Shown here piece after piece: positions 38,105-50,000 of a stretch of DNA of 64,000 bases. Every line of letters starts with the position of its first letter. The first letter of the stretch is position 1. Where the stretch lies: positions 96,001 through 160,000 of the IMG/VR virus record IMGVR_UViG_3300013121_000027; one strand, given 5' to 3'. The notes under the pieces are model-generated. The model made no database searches, had not been told where the DNA came from, and worked only from the letters and a program-made list of their open reading frames with translations. A program made the translations under genes and the position numbers. The stretch is from a virus (Duplodnaviria > Caudoviricetes).

Positions 38105-38680
38105 TTATAGCGCCTTAGCGGAAGGAACACCAGCCCATTCATTGATCTTATTGCGTCCGTAGTCGCTTTCTGTATTAGCTTGTCCACCATCATACAGAGC
38201 GCCGTCAGTAACACCCTTATAGGTATAGGGCTCAAATGCACCACCATAAGAAACATTTATCCTATGAGCATGCCCAGTACCGATTGCGACATCGGCAGAA
38301 GTAACACCATCAAAAACATAATTATTGTAATTACCATAGTATAAACTTCTTTGAGCATGACCATATCCGCTTGGAAATGCTGGAACTGTTCCTTTATACT
38401 CCAGCATTTTAAGTCTGGCATAATCAAGTCTCTCCCCGCCACCAGCTCCGGACATAGGAGCAATATGACGTCCGCCAGCATAAATATACTCAAGGATACG
38501 AGCATGCTTTACTGTACCAAGGGTATACTCATTGTCTGGGAAACCAGTTAAAACGCTGTCGGATGTCGACATAAGCGACCAGTTAGAATAAACGCCGACT
38601 TCACTGGTGTAAGTGTTGATCCAGTTATTGGTGTTGTCGCCTTGAAGGACTGGGCGATAGCCCACATAATAGGTTGTCAT
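38105..38680 (-). CDS. putative virion protein with internal repeats
   Basis: Gly/Tyr-rich, with repeats GHAQR...YVFDGVT and GHAHR...YTYKGVT. Strong RBS. Confidence 0.7.
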   Translation of the reverse strand: MTTYYVGYRPVLQGDNTNNWINTYTSEVGVYSNWSLMSTSDSVLTGFPDNEYTLGTVKHARILEYIYAGGRHIAPMSGAGGGERLDYARLKMLEYKGTVPAFPSGYGHAQRSLYYGNYNNYVFDGVTSADVAIGTGHAHRINVSYGGAFEPYTYKGVTDGALYDGGQANTESDYGRNKINEWAGVPSAKAL

Positions 38681-38778
38681 ATTGTATATCTCCTATGTTA
38701 AGATTTATGGCGTATGGAGCTATGGCAACTATAATGCGATCCTAAGGAAATAGCCCCATACGCTCATTCATATAGTAA

Positions 38779-40041
38779 TCAGGTATATTTAAGAATCAAT
38801 CCCGATAAACTTGGTGAGCCACCCAATTCCGTTTTATTAAGAGTAACCTCGACCCATACCCTCTTGCTCAGCGGTACAGGAGTTAGGGTATAAGAACCAC
38901 TATTGTAAGAGGTTTCCCATATAACTCTTGAAGAAAAGCACGTGCTCACTGAGTTTTCTGGTATATTCCAAATCTGCGGAGTGAGGCTTGTTATGTTTGA
39001 AATGGTAGACCCGTTTGGTGCGTCAAATCTTATCATGGCTTTACCCGAATTTAAGAACTTGTCATAGCGAATATCTAATTTTGACATGCCATAAGAATAA
39101 ATATACTTGCCATTTTCGCTAAAACTATTCTTTTGTCTTAGTTTGAATCTAATTCCAGTTATTGGAAGTGGATCGAAATAAAAATTCTTCATTCCAGAAC
39201 TTAGAATTTCGTCACCAGACCATCCACCGGGAATAATATTGCCTGCCGCACCAGGCACATTGTAATAATGGGATAGATTATTAAAGACAGTCCATTGATT
39301 ACTTGCCGCCCCAAAAATAACATTTGTATCAGTAGTATAAGCTATCTCAAGAACATCTATAGATTTTAATGGGAAGGGAGTAAAAGATAGGCTATTAATG
39401 TCTGGAGTAATGGCGAGATCTGACGGAATTCTCACATACAGATAACATTGAGCCCCATTAGATAGATTTTGCGTAGTTGTTATAACGTTTCTTTCCCAGA
39501 TTTTACCGACCCTTGACATAAGAGCGTTATACGGTTGCGAAGTGTCTATTATAGCAGAGGCGTTATCTGCCGATGATTGGATCGGAGAAACGAACATTTC
39601 TAATGATGCCGGAATATTAAATGTGCCATTATCGTCTGTGTACTTAATTTTTGATAATGAACTTGATTCAACAAGTGGAAGGGTTAAGACGTTATACGGA
39701 TCATGGTAGGTGCATCTATCCACTGAATTGATTGTGAAAGATGGGGCAGAATCAAATCTGGCATTATCAATTTGATCCGCATCCACAAAAGCAATGGAGC
39801 TATTTGCCTGCTCCAATGCTAATAATCTATCTTCAAATGTTTCTATAAAATTAAGAAGACTTAAAGAATCTTTAATTGAAATTAAAAACCCATTATTCAT
39901 ATCGGCATTAAGACTAGCGATTTTATTGCGAAGAAAAACTAAATCTTTATATTCTTCTTCTATCCTCGCATTATAATCATCGCTATTTTGCGGACCTCTA
40001 AACTGAAATTTTCTTCTTTGCGTATAAGGTACATCAGCCAT
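38779..40041 (-). CDS. virion structural protein (paralog family)
   Basis: N-terminal RGPQNSDDYN and coiled coil. C-terminal strand-SP-strand motif shared with its neighbours. Confidence 0.75.
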   Translation of the reverse strand: MADVPYTQRRKFQFRGPQNSDDYNARIEEEYKDLVFLRNKIASLNADMNNGFLISIKDSLSLLNFIETFEDRLLALEQANSSIAFVDADQIDNARFDSAPSFTINSVDRCTYHDPYNVLTLPLVESSSLSKIKYTDDNGTFNIPASLEMFVSPIQSSADNASAIIDTSQPYNALMSRVGKIWERNVITTTQNLSNGAQCYLYVRIPSDLAITPDINSLSFTPFPLKSIDVLEIAYTTDTNVIFGAASNQWTVFNNLSHYYNVPGAAGNIIPGGWSGDEILSSGMKNFYFDPLPITGIRFKLRQKNSFSENGKYIYSYGMSKLDIRYDKFLNSGKAMIRFDAPNGSTISNITSLTPQIWNIPENSVSTCFSSRVIWETSYNSGSYTLTPVPLSKRVWVEVTLNKTELGGSPSLSGLILKYT

Positions 40042-40394
40042 TATGCTAAGCCTTTCTCAATGATTTCTAATCTCGTATTGAGAGAATCAATTCTACTGCA
40101 TAGATCTGCCATTCCATTTAAAGAAATAGAATTAGGAGTAGCATCTCCGGAAAGATAAATTGAAATTGTTTCATTCGATCCATCTGCTAAAATAGATAAT
40201 TTTTCTAATAAATCAGTTTCTAAATCAGTCTCTTTTGCGAAAAGATTATAAACATCATAGGCAAAAAGCCCAGATTCTAAATTTAATCTTTCGCTATTCA
40301 TAGGTGATCTTAAGGCTTGACGCAACCTAATATAATTTGGCTGATAGAAGCTCGTAGTCGTATTATAAAATTGCGATAGAAAAGAAATGCTCAT
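40041..40394 (-). CDS. virion structural protein, coiled coil
   Basis: RSPMNSERLN motif resembles that of the downstream gene. Contains one DATP. Confidence 0.65.
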   Translation of the reverse strand: MSISFLSQFYNTTTSFYQPNYIRLRQALRSPMNSERLNLESGLFAYDVYNLFAKETDLETDLLEKLSILADGSNETISIYLSGDATPNSISLNGMADLCSRIDSLNTRLEIIEKGLA

Positions 40395-42571
40395 ACTGTA
40401 TCACCATACGAGAACCTTACTCTATAAGAGTCTAAAATTGGAGTGGATTTAACATCTTTTGAAGATCGAGCAAAATCAGCCCTTAATCTTAAAGCTGTTG
40501 GAGCAGTCAAGGTAGGCTTCTTATAACTTATCTTGAAGTTATTGGTAGGTTTTTTCCTTGTTATAATTTCACCATTATAAATAGTAAATGTATTTGCCGT
40601 ATTAACCTGGTTGTTCTTAAACTTATACAGGTCCACATATGTCCAATTATCTAATTTAACGACACCAAAATTAGACATATCATCATCAGACATTAGATTA
40701 ATAGTTCCAATATATGGATATTGATTGACGAGAGTTGTCGGCGGAATATTAATCATTGCAACTATATGATTTTTACCCTGCTTTAATTTCCATGGAACTG
40801 TTATCTTATCGATTCCAACTGGCATATTTGCTATTTCTCTACCGTTAAGAAATATTCTTACATCCCATATCCTTGAGTTGGTATCAGATTTCCTACACTC
40901 CTTAAGTATAACCGGTAATTCTTTTTCTACGTTTAAGAAAGTTTCCACGTAAATACTTTTATTATCTTCGCCTATATCTGCTCCATAGAAAAATTCATGT
41001 CCGGAATCTATTTCTCCATATGTTGTAGAATATGATGTTGGATCATCAAATTTCTGTTTCCAAAATGCAAATCCATTAGTGATAGCATTTTCATCGAGGT
41101 CTGTATAGAAGATTCTGGTACTATTGATACCTTCCTCAAGGGACAAAGTATTAGACAAAAATTCATCAGTAAATCCAGCAATGCGATAAACATCCAGACC
41201 GGCTATATAAGCTGGGGTCGGATTTCTTTTTGTTAAATCACTACTTGTAGAGTTTTGGTCTATTAGCTTTAAATCTGAAGCTGTTCTTGTATTTTTTCTA
41301 ATCATTTTAGATGATACAGTAGATCCATTAAATCTAACTACAGACTTAGTAGAATCTTGAGATATTGATATCGGAGTTATTTCTTTCCAGTCAAAATTAC
41401 TTATGGAAGAACCACCGTTGGGAATATCTTGTGCTATATAATACCTTATTGAAGTATTAGTAGGTATGAAATCTTGCGTAACGAGAGATACTGCGTCTAT
41501 GGCGGTTTCACTTGTTAACTCTGAAGCTATACCAAATGGTTCTGTTACTAAGGTAGCAAATGAGTCGTATACTTGTTCAAGAATCATAATTTCTTTGAAT
41601 CCAAAAGTGTAAACATATACGGTAGCTCCATTTATCTGTTCAACCGTATCAAATTCATTTTTAGACAATTGCAAATTAAATTTATTAATTTGATCCTTTA
41701 TTCCATCTCCAATGAATGAAATTTTCTCAGTACTTCTTTTAACATAAGAGCAAAATGGTTTTGTATAAGTAGTTGAATCTTCTGCTACAAACGTTGCGTT
41801 AATCCCGCACTGAACAGGTGTGATTCCAAATGGAGTAAGATCGATTCTACTCACAGCACCGGAAGTGAATTGAGTTGGTAACATCATCTGGATATCTACG
41901 GTAATAGGTTCTGGATATTGAACTTTGACATCAAAAAACCAAGCGGTATTTGTCATTCCATCAAACGCATTTTCAAAAGATGTTTTAATTAAAATAGGTA
42001 CAGTATTACCGCTTGAATTTCTTGCGGTTACAACAGGCTCAGATAACGCAGCCAGATTTAATCTTTTTGACATAGAACTTATTGCTGGAAGCGAAGCTAA
42101 TCCTGAATCCACATCAACAAAAGCGGAGGTTAAATTAAAATCAATAAAATCAGTAAAAGATAAATCATCAGAAAAAGAATAAAAATAGCCATCTGAATTA
42201 AAAATTCCAAGTAGAAAGTCATCTATCTTCTGTTCTAACATCGTCCTTTTAATCTTTAACCTTTGGAGATGCGTTCGCAGCACTGTATTAAGAATCATCA
42301 AGTCGTCTATTTGTTGTGCGCAAGCCTCATATAGGGTATCTATATTGACTATAACCATAGCCATAAAATCGTTTAACAATTCGGGATCACTAACTATATT
42401 TCTTGCAAAGACATTTAAATCAAAAATAATAGGATTGCCAGGTACATTTTTGCTAAAGTATTCGTTTAAGAATGGGTGAAAATCATCCCCCGTTGGAGCA
42501 ACGCCATTAACGAAATATGACTTAGCTATAAGCTCTAATATATTTTTGATCTGTATCTGACTTATGCTCAT
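40391..42571 (-). CDS. virion structural protein (paralog family)
   Basis: 726 aa with a C-terminal LRLRADF...STPILDSY. Confidence 0.75.
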   Translation of the reverse strand: MSISQIQIKNILELIAKSYFVNGVAPTGDDFHPFLNEYFSKNVPGNPIIFDLNVFARNIVSDPELLNDFMAMVIVNIDTLYEACAQQIDDLMILNTVLRTHLQRLKIKRTMLEQKIDDFLLGIFNSDGYFYSFSDDLSFTDFIDFNLTSAFVDVDSGLASLPAISSMSKRLNLAALSEPVVTARNSSGNTVPILIKTSFENAFDGMTNTAWFFDVKVQYPEPITVDIQMMLPTQFTSGAVSRIDLTPFGITPVQCGINATFVAEDSTTYTKPFCSYVKRSTEKISFIGDGIKDQINKFNLQLSKNEFDTVEQINGATVYVYTFGFKEIMILEQVYDSFATLVTEPFGIASELTSETAIDAVSLVTQDFIPTNTSIRYYIAQDIPNGGSSISNFDWKEITPISISQDSTKSVVRFNGSTVSSKMIRKNTRTASDLKLIDQNSTSSDLTKRNPTPAYIAGLDVYRIAGFTDEFLSNTLSLEEGINSTRIFYTDLDENAITNGFAFWKQKFDDPTSYSTTYGEIDSGHEFFYGADIGEDNKSIYVETFLNVEKELPVILKECRKSDTNSRIWDVRIFLNGREIANMPVGIDKITVPWKLKQGKNHIVAMINIPPTTLVNQYPYIGTINLMSDDDMSNFGVVKLDNWTYVDLYKFKNNQVNTANTFTIYNGEIITRKKPTNNFKISYKKPTLTAPTALRLRADFARSSKDVKSTPILDSYRVRFSYGDTV

Positions 42572-42572
42572 T

Positions 42573-44552
42573 TTAGTCTCTTTTAATTATTTTTAGTTTA
42601 TAAGAATGAACTATTGGGGTGGCAGTTTGTTGATCGCTTGGTCTATCTATTTCTATTTTAACCCTTAAAGAGTTAACGGTTCCCTTTATATCATAATATC
42701 CAACCCCTGGATCTCTTAGATCACTTGGGGTAGGGTCGTTAAAAGCTATAATTTCTGGAATGTTTAAGAAATCGTCTTGAATTCTGGAGATTTGATACCA
42801 ACTCTTTCCATCATCTGGACTAATATAAAACTTAATCCAAGGCTCTGAAGAATCATAGCCGTTGGGTATAGATATATCTGCCTCTATCGAAACTCTATCT
42901 ATAATGCCAGGTATATTAAATTTTCTTGAGACAATAATACCCTTTGTATTGTATATATTTTTACCAACTTGTATATCACGAATACCAATAGCCCATCTTT
43001 TACCTTTAAAGTATTCTCTCTTTTGGACTAAATCACCCCAATCCAAATACCCTTGCGGATTACTAACCGAAGGATTCGGACCTAATCTTCTGAAACTTAA
43101 ATCATTTACATAGGAAGCAGATACAGTATTCCCTACACCGGCACCAGATCCAAGAATAGAACCACCACTATTAGACCCTACTGGATCTGGCGAGGGCGCC
43201 TCTTCAGTTCCAGAGTAGGCGATTGGGGAATCGTATGGAATACTTGCGTCATATGTCTCTGACGGTAAATTATAAACTGGATAATCTACAATATAGTTTG
43301 GGATATTGCCGGTATTGACGTTTGGATCATTAACTACATAATAGGTATGTCCTATATTACAATCTATTGGTTTTGGTTGTTCTATATTAAACCTAACATA
43401 TCTCACCATAGATCCTTCAGTTAGAAAAACCGCCGAACCGATTAATACTCTTTCGGTGTTAAGATTAGATATTTGTCTATTGATACTATTAGAAATCCAA
43501 ACATTTTCCGGACTTACCAAGTCCCAATTAGTTTTATCTACAGATGTTAAAATCTGAGTTATTTTAATGGGGTTATTAATATTGTCAGAAAGTCCAAATG
43601 GTATAAGGCTTATGTTATTTACTTGCTGCGCAGCTCCAAGATCTAACTCAAAACTTAATCTTAATATATTATCGACTAATCCATCAGCCCAATTGATAAG
43701 AGTACCAGATGTGCCATTCGAATCTCTCAAATATTTATCCATATCATCATTATTTAAAACATAATCAAAATTAAAGTTTCCAGCTAATCCACGTGCGACT
43801 TTACTTATGAAGTATTTTTCAAATTCAAACCAAGTATTTGGTTTTTGATCCAAAATATGATCAAGTTTTGCGTGACGATCAGTTTCTGCTTTGAATTGAT
43901 ATAATTTCTGTCCAGTAATCGGATTATATAATGCTGTCTGTGGGTCTAAAATTTCTTGATTATTACCCATTAACCCATTAGAACCATTCAATATGGTAAT
44001 CGTTGAAGTGGCAGTCAAACTAGAAGAGGTCGAGTTTATTTTTAAACAAACATTTCCGCTACCGACAAGAGAAGCTCTATTGTCTGGATGAACTAAATCC
44101 CAATCTATAAAGTCTTCTGTTATAAATCCATCGCCAAAATATATAAGAGATTTATTATCTACACTTGAATACATTTCAAGAGTTTTTATTTTGTTTTGAA
44201 GTTTTGTATTTTGCCCCATTGCCTTTAATACTTCGGTTTTCACAAAGTTATGAGAAAAGACAACTGAGGCATTAAGTAGATCTATTTGATCTTGTAAAAG
44301 ATTAACGTCATCCTGTACAGAAGCCCAAAAAGTATTCATCTTAGATGAAAGAGGAATCTCAGAAATGACCACTGGATCATAATTCGTTAATGCTTTACCA
44401 GCATGTAAATTGAACTTATTGAGGGTCTCATTTATAGTCTCTGAAATTTCTTGCGGTGTCTGATTTTTACTTGTGCTATACGCTTGTTGCATTTTTTTTA
44501 TTAATTGAATGGCTTGCGTATACAGCATTCGCGAAGGTGATTCTTGAGCCAT
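42573..44552 (-). CDS. virion structural protein (paralog family)
   Basis: 659 aa with a C-terminal LRVKIEI...ATPIVHSY. Confidence 0.75.
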   Translation of the reverse strand: MAQESPSRMLYTQAIQLIKKMQQAYSTSKNQTPQEISETINETLNKFNLHAGKALTNYDPVVISEIPLSSKMNTFWASVQDDVNLLQDQIDLLNASVVFSHNFVKTEVLKAMGQNTKLQNKIKTLEMYSSVDNKSLIYFGDGFITEDFIDWDLVHPDNRASLVGSGNVCLKINSTSSSLTATSTITILNGSNGLMGNNQEILDPQTALYNPITGQKLYQFKAETDRHAKLDHILDQKPNTWFEFEKYFISKVARGLAGNFNFDYVLNNDDMDKYLRDSNGTSGTLINWADGLVDNILRLSFELDLGAAQQVNNISLIPFGLSDNINNPIKITQILTSVDKTNWDLVSPENVWISNSINRQISNLNTERVLIGSAVFLTEGSMVRYVRFNIEQPKPIDCNIGHTYYVVNDPNVNTGNIPNYIVDYPVYNLPSETYDASIPYDSPIAYSGTEEAPSPDPVGSNSGGSILGSGAGVGNTVSASYVNDLSFRRLGPNPSVSNPQGYLDWGDLVQKREYFKGKRWAIGIRDIQVGKNIYNTKGIIVSRKFNIPGIIDRVSIEADISIPNGYDSSEPWIKFYISPDDGKSWYQISRIQDDFLNIPEIIAFNDPTPSDLRDPGVGYYDIKGTVNSLRVKIEIDRPSDQQTATPIVHSYKLKIIKRD

Positions 44553-47038
44553 TATATAATCTTTCTCGGATTTGCCTTAAGTGTCTTTGTTTTGAGTTGA
44601 ACATAGTTAACTGAAGGACTTACATAAGTATTGTCGTTTACTCTTAGGATAATTCTAAACCTTAAGTTGTTTGGTAGATACTGATAGAAAACCGTAAACT
44701 TTTCCGATATAGGCTTATTAAAAGCGATGCTTCTTCCAGAATGAACAAAAGCAGTTTGCGTTTCACTAAAATCAGAAAGAGAATTTTGAATAAGACCTTT
44801 ATAGTTCGTTTGATTCAAGGCAACAGATCCGTCATTCATTATTATAGTAATAGGTTGGTACGTACCCTGAAAACCATATTGTGAAGAGTAAGATCCAAAC
44901 TCTTCGATTTTTGTATAATCAACAAAAGGATCATTTTTTAAATCAATAATTTGATTATTATATGTTGAAGTAAATGTTTCTCCAGCGCCATAATCATCAA
45001 ACGCGGAAGCTAACAAAGATTGTCCGAAACCAAGATCTTCAAAGTTCACAATCTTACAAGTTGAAGATGGCTCATAATCAATTGTAAATAAATCTAAGTT
45101 ATTGAAAAATCCAGGACGGATCTGAATACCTTTTATCGTATTATTACTTACATTCTTAATGATATCAAAATTTGATGATTCAAGCAGAAATCCATTCTTA
45201 TAGATCCGAACCGATTTATTGATATCAGCCTCGAATCTAAACGTACCCGAGCCTGCCTCATCTATAAACAGCCTTTCACCATTAACCATAGATTCGTCTA
45301 TTGGAAGAATTGGAACCCAATCTGACTCTTTAGATGGGTTAGATTTATTCGAAACCGAGTACTCTATAGATGTGATTAAACTTGTATCTCTACCTCGTCC
45401 CTCAAAAATATAGTTTGTGTCATCAACTTTTATTTTTACTTCCCCAGAATCACTTGGGGCTGGTACTTTCTTTGAAACGAAAATACCTCTAAAAACACGT
45501 TCACCAGAACCAATCTGTATATTTCTTAATCCTAAATTATACTGATAGTCTAAAAACTTTTCTTCTTGTAATTTGGCATATGCGATAAGATCAGCAGATA
45601 GTGGTTGTTGTGGAGAAAGATCTATTTGGGCAGGGCGAGCATTTCCAGATACCATCGTAGATTGGTATGGAGAATTTGTTCTCATGAAGAATGGGTTAGC
45701 ATTAAAGATATGTCTATCCCTGAGCATTTCTGTATTACTAGCGAAAATATTTTCGTCAATCATTCTGCTCATAAAATGATTTATTTGGCTTTTAGAATTT
45801 ATAAAATCTTTCTTCGGATTATTTGAATCATATCCCATTATAATTTTATCTATAGTCAAAGGTCCAAATGAGGCATCAAAATCTATCTCTGGAATCTCCG
45901 ACTTAAATATTTTTACATTTTTTTGTTTTTTTTGTGATTTTATAAACAGTCTCTTTAATGCCTTCTTATTCCTCTTAAAGGAATTATCGGTATATATTGC
46001 AACTTCATTTTTATTTTTCTTAACTTCTTCACTGACTTTTCTGTAAACTATTTCCTGTTGTATTGGTGGAATTTCTCCCCTAAAATAAACAGATTGATTA
46101 AGTATTATTTTCACTTTAGAAATGGGACGAAGCTCAAAACCTAATACCGTTGTCTTATCTAATTTTAAGGGTTCATTTAAAATAGATACCGTTTCAGTTT
46201 TATTATTATCGTTGACAAATAGAACAACTTGCATAACGTCAACTACCAAATCAGAAAATGGCGTCAGCACTAATGAATCGCAAGATGATATTGAATTTAA
46301 AAGTATCTCTAATTCGACTTGTGCACCAGCCTTACCAAAAGTATTGTCGATCTTAGAGGTGATTGGCTTAGGGGAAGATACCGCAATACGCCAACCATTT
46401 CCAACGTCCGTATTAAGAGCTTTATCTATTCCAGTATTGGAAGTCACAAATTGTAGACAATTACTATTTATTATCTCTGCACTAATAGGATATTGGTTTT
46501 TTAGAGATTGTCTTAGAGATAAAACACCTGATGCACTATTAACAGCTGCAAGTTCATTACTCTGAAAGTCGTTTCCAGACCTATCGGTAAGTCTTAGTGA
46601 TGATTCCTCACGCATCGTCTCATCGTTAAAAGTTTCTGTGAATGCATAATCGTAGAAGCCACCATCAGAAAGAGTAAAGGCATAGTTAGAAATAGATTTT
46701 TCCATTGCCATTATTTCATCTTCTATTCCTTTAATTTCGGAAGATAGAATTGAAGTATGTGATTCTAATAAAAGAGAAATTCTATTAGCATTGGCAAAGA
46801 GTTCTAATAGCTTATTTGTGATATCTCTATTAGCCGCATGGAAAGACCTTTCGCTAATAATGGATCCAAAAGATTCTCTATTTAAAATAATTGGAGCATT
46901 CTGCTTTGTATCTGAAAGTTTTTTTGCAATTAGATCAAGATCAGTTTTACTTGCTCTTGCCTCTGATAAAAGGCTATATATATTAATTCTTTGTTTGGCA
47001 GATAGAGTAGTTATATATTCATCTAAAAAATTTCTCAT
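44552..47038 (-). CDS. virion structural protein (paralog family)
   Basis: 828 aa with a C-terminal LRFRIIL...VSPSVNYV. Confidence 0.75.
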   Translation of the reverse strand: MRNFLDEYITTLSAKQRINIYSLLSEARASKTDLDLIAKKLSDTKQNAPIILNRESFGSIISERSFHAANRDITNKLLELFANANRISLLLESHTSILSSEIKGIEDEIMAMEKSISNYAFTLSDGGFYDYAFTETFNDETMREESSLRLTDRSGNDFQSNELAAVNSASGVLSLRQSLKNQYPISAEIINSNCLQFVTSNTGIDKALNTDVGNGWRIAVSSPKPITSKIDNTFGKAGAQVELEILLNSISSCDSLVLTPFSDLVVDVMQVVLFVNDNNKTETVSILNEPLKLDKTTVLGFELRPISKVKIILNQSVYFRGEIPPIQQEIVYRKVSEEVKKNKNEVAIYTDNSFKRNKKALKRLFIKSQKKQKNVKIFKSEIPEIDFDASFGPLTIDKIIMGYDSNNPKKDFINSKSQINHFMSRMIDENIFASNTEMLRDRHIFNANPFFMRTNSPYQSTMVSGNARPAQIDLSPQQPLSADLIAYAKLQEEKFLDYQYNLGLRNIQIGSGERVFRGIFVSKKVPAPSDSGEVKIKVDDTNYIFEGRGRDTSLITSIEYSVSNKSNPSKESDWVPILPIDESMVNGERLFIDEAGSGTFRFEADINKSVRIYKNGFLLESSNFDIIKNVSNNTIKGIQIRPGFFNNLDLFTIDYEPSSTCKIVNFEDLGFGQSLLASAFDDYGAGETFTSTYNNQIIDLKNDPFVDYTKIEEFGSYSSQYGFQGTYQPITIIMNDGSVALNQTNYKGLIQNSLSDFSETQTAFVHSGRSIAFNKPISEKFTVFYQYLPNNLRFRIILRVNDNTYVSPSVNYVQLKTKTLKANPRKII

Positions 47039-50000
47039 TCAACCCACCTATTTCCATCAAGATCTTCTATTTGATAAGCTACGCCTATTGTAATGTTTCT
47101 TTCGATAACATCTTTTATTTGTTGATAGGTAAAATCATCTCTTAATTCAGCGGGAAGTCTTATGATTACAAAGCCACCTTTTTGATATGAAACTGCCTTA
47201 TCTGAAATAATATCCCAATAGGATTCTGCCTCTGGTTGTATAGTAGTCATATCCGAAAGAGAAAAGGCAGTAGATAATCCTCCACCGCGTTTTCTCGTAT
47301 CGAGAATAATTAAGTCGTTAATATCTGATGACGTCGAGATGTGTACTATCCCAATCAGAAGCGCTGTTGGATCGAAATCCACTCTACTTGGATTAAAAAT
47401 AGAATCATCACTTGTAAAATTAACGGTTCGTGTCCTGATAGAATCTGATATTAGAACTCCGGCATTGTCAAAAACCGATTCCGGTAACAAATATATATAA
47501 AGGGGTTTGTTAACAAAGTCAGAATTCTTACTTAAGAATGGATTAAAGTTAATCTTTGTTTGTGCATCGCCTTTGAAATTATATACCTTTTTATCGGAAG
47601 TATAATCTACTTTTATTAACTTTGGATCAAGATTTGACAAAGGACTATTTAATGTTATCGTTCCATTTTTTGAGTCAAAATCTTTAATATCGGAAAAAAC
47701 TAATTCAACCCAAGGGCTTGAAGCGCTACTCCTTCTATATACCGTAAAGACGGGCAAATATGGATCCGCTTCAGAGTTATTGTTTGTAGGAACTTGAGAA
47801 ATAAGAAATGGATACTGACTTATTTTAATGGTAGATTCATCAACTATGGTCGGGGTCTCGCCCTTGATATCCAAATAAGGACGTCCATACTTAGAAGACC
47901 AAGCTTCATTTTTAGCTTCTGGTACCGAATAAAATGCTTTAACTGTAGTACCTTGGTAGTTCTTTAGATAATTAGTATAGGATCCATTATCCCTTAATCG
48001 TAATTGAATATCTCTTGTGAAGAATCCAGTTTTAATTGGTAGAGACCATAGATCAGTTTTAGTGAGACCTTTTGACATGGGCTCTATTTTAATGGTTGAT
48101 TGTCGTCCAGAAGTAATAGAGTAAACTGGCATAGCCCATCTAAATGGGCGCATGATTGAATCTATATTTCCAGGAACATTTACTGACGAATCTAATTCAT
48201 ATATTGTTTTAACAGCTATAAATATATTTTGAGGTCCCCTTCTTACGTAATCATAATAGGAAACTTCGGGTTCGCCAAATGTATTAACTAAAAATTCTCC
48301 AGTCTGAATATCATAGAATCCATAGTAGATAGTTTGATCAGTTCCAAAGGCATTTAGTTTATACCTTGCAAAGTGCGTAGATGTCGTCACATTATCGGGA
48401 AGGGCAGATGGGAAACCAAATGGTTTACCGGACGAATCGCAAATAAGCCTTAATCCATCATCTTTTTTAATCCAACCATAATATTTTTCATATTGTTCAA
48501 TAGCACCAGATGTATTCTTGGTATAGAATCCATTTGATCCATTACCAATCATTACTCCATTCACAAAATTTTCCGAACTCAAAACGCTCTGATAACCCTT
48601 ATAGGTTAGCTTTAATTTATTCAGAATCGTAGATTGCCCATCTTCAGTTTCTTCTTGCGCATCTATGAACTCTACATCAAAGAATGCGCCAGTGCTTGAT
48701 GGCTGAATATCTAATGAATGTATATCCCACTTTATATTCGATAAGGCAGAACCATCTGACGATTGGAGCGCCAATGCTGGCGAGAAGATTTGTGGAACTC
48801 CATACTTAAAATTCACTGTTGCAGAAAACGACAGATCAACTCTCTCTTGGTAAGTTCTACCTGGTACAGTAACCGTGACATCTCTATAGTATCCTGCAGC
48901 TCCTGGGAAAAATTTCTTACCATAAACTGCAACATCACGAATACCAATAAATCTTGCGGAACCCCATCCAGCAGGTCCAGATTGAAATGCCCTAAATATG
49001 ATACTATTTGTCGTCGTTTGAGGAACATCAATATTAATCCATTGTCCATCCCCACCACTTTTTCCGATTATATTACCAGGGAATCCTCTGGAAAAATCAT
49101 ACCCATAAAGAGAATCTCTTTCTGCAATGTCAACCCAATCGATACTTAAATTATTTGTTACCGTATCTAAAGTATACGGAAGAATAGAAATTCTATATAT
49201 TGGGAATCTTTCATTAAACTTAATTAAAAATGCTTCACGAATTTGTCCAGGTCCATTATGTTCCCATGACTGCTTGCAGTAAAAAGTTTCTGGCAAGTCA
49301 TCAGAAAGCGAATTTAACATCATAAACTTTTTAGCATTATTTGCATATGATAAAAGAAGAGGGTCATTAAACCCTGGAATATTAGAAATGGCTATTAATT
49401 TATATCCTAATAGAGACCAAGTTTCAGCATCTACAATGCCATCTATATATCTTGCTCCCATATATGTTTGAAATTTTGTTACGGCAGCCGCCGTTTTAGA
49501 TCCATATACACCATCTACCTGTAATCCTGGTCCAGCTATATCGCCAAAAAATATGACATAGTTTAATATTTGCTGAACGACCTTAACTAATTGTCCACTT
49601 GAACTCGCTGTAGAATTGGTCGTCGCGGTAAAGGTTGGCAACTGTCCAAATCCATTTGGAAAAACTTGATCTATGGTATAATTTTTGTAATAAGAAACGG
49701 CGCTAATAGATGTAGAAGTCCTTATAATGGGAAGTCCAGCATCGTTAGTCGTGAATGAAACCTCATACGGTATCACTCCGTGGTATAGTGGGAGTTCGCC
49801 CTTAACAAAATTTCCAGACGTATCGGTTAATAGTAAGCCAGAACTATTCTTTAACATAACCCATCGACTACCATAACTCCAAACCGGACGATATCCAGAC
49901 GGGTAAGGTGTCGAAGGCGTAATCGTATAAGTTGTAGAGGACGATCCCGCATGCAAGAATCCATGAATACCAGGATACGCCCAGTTATTGGGCAGTGTAT

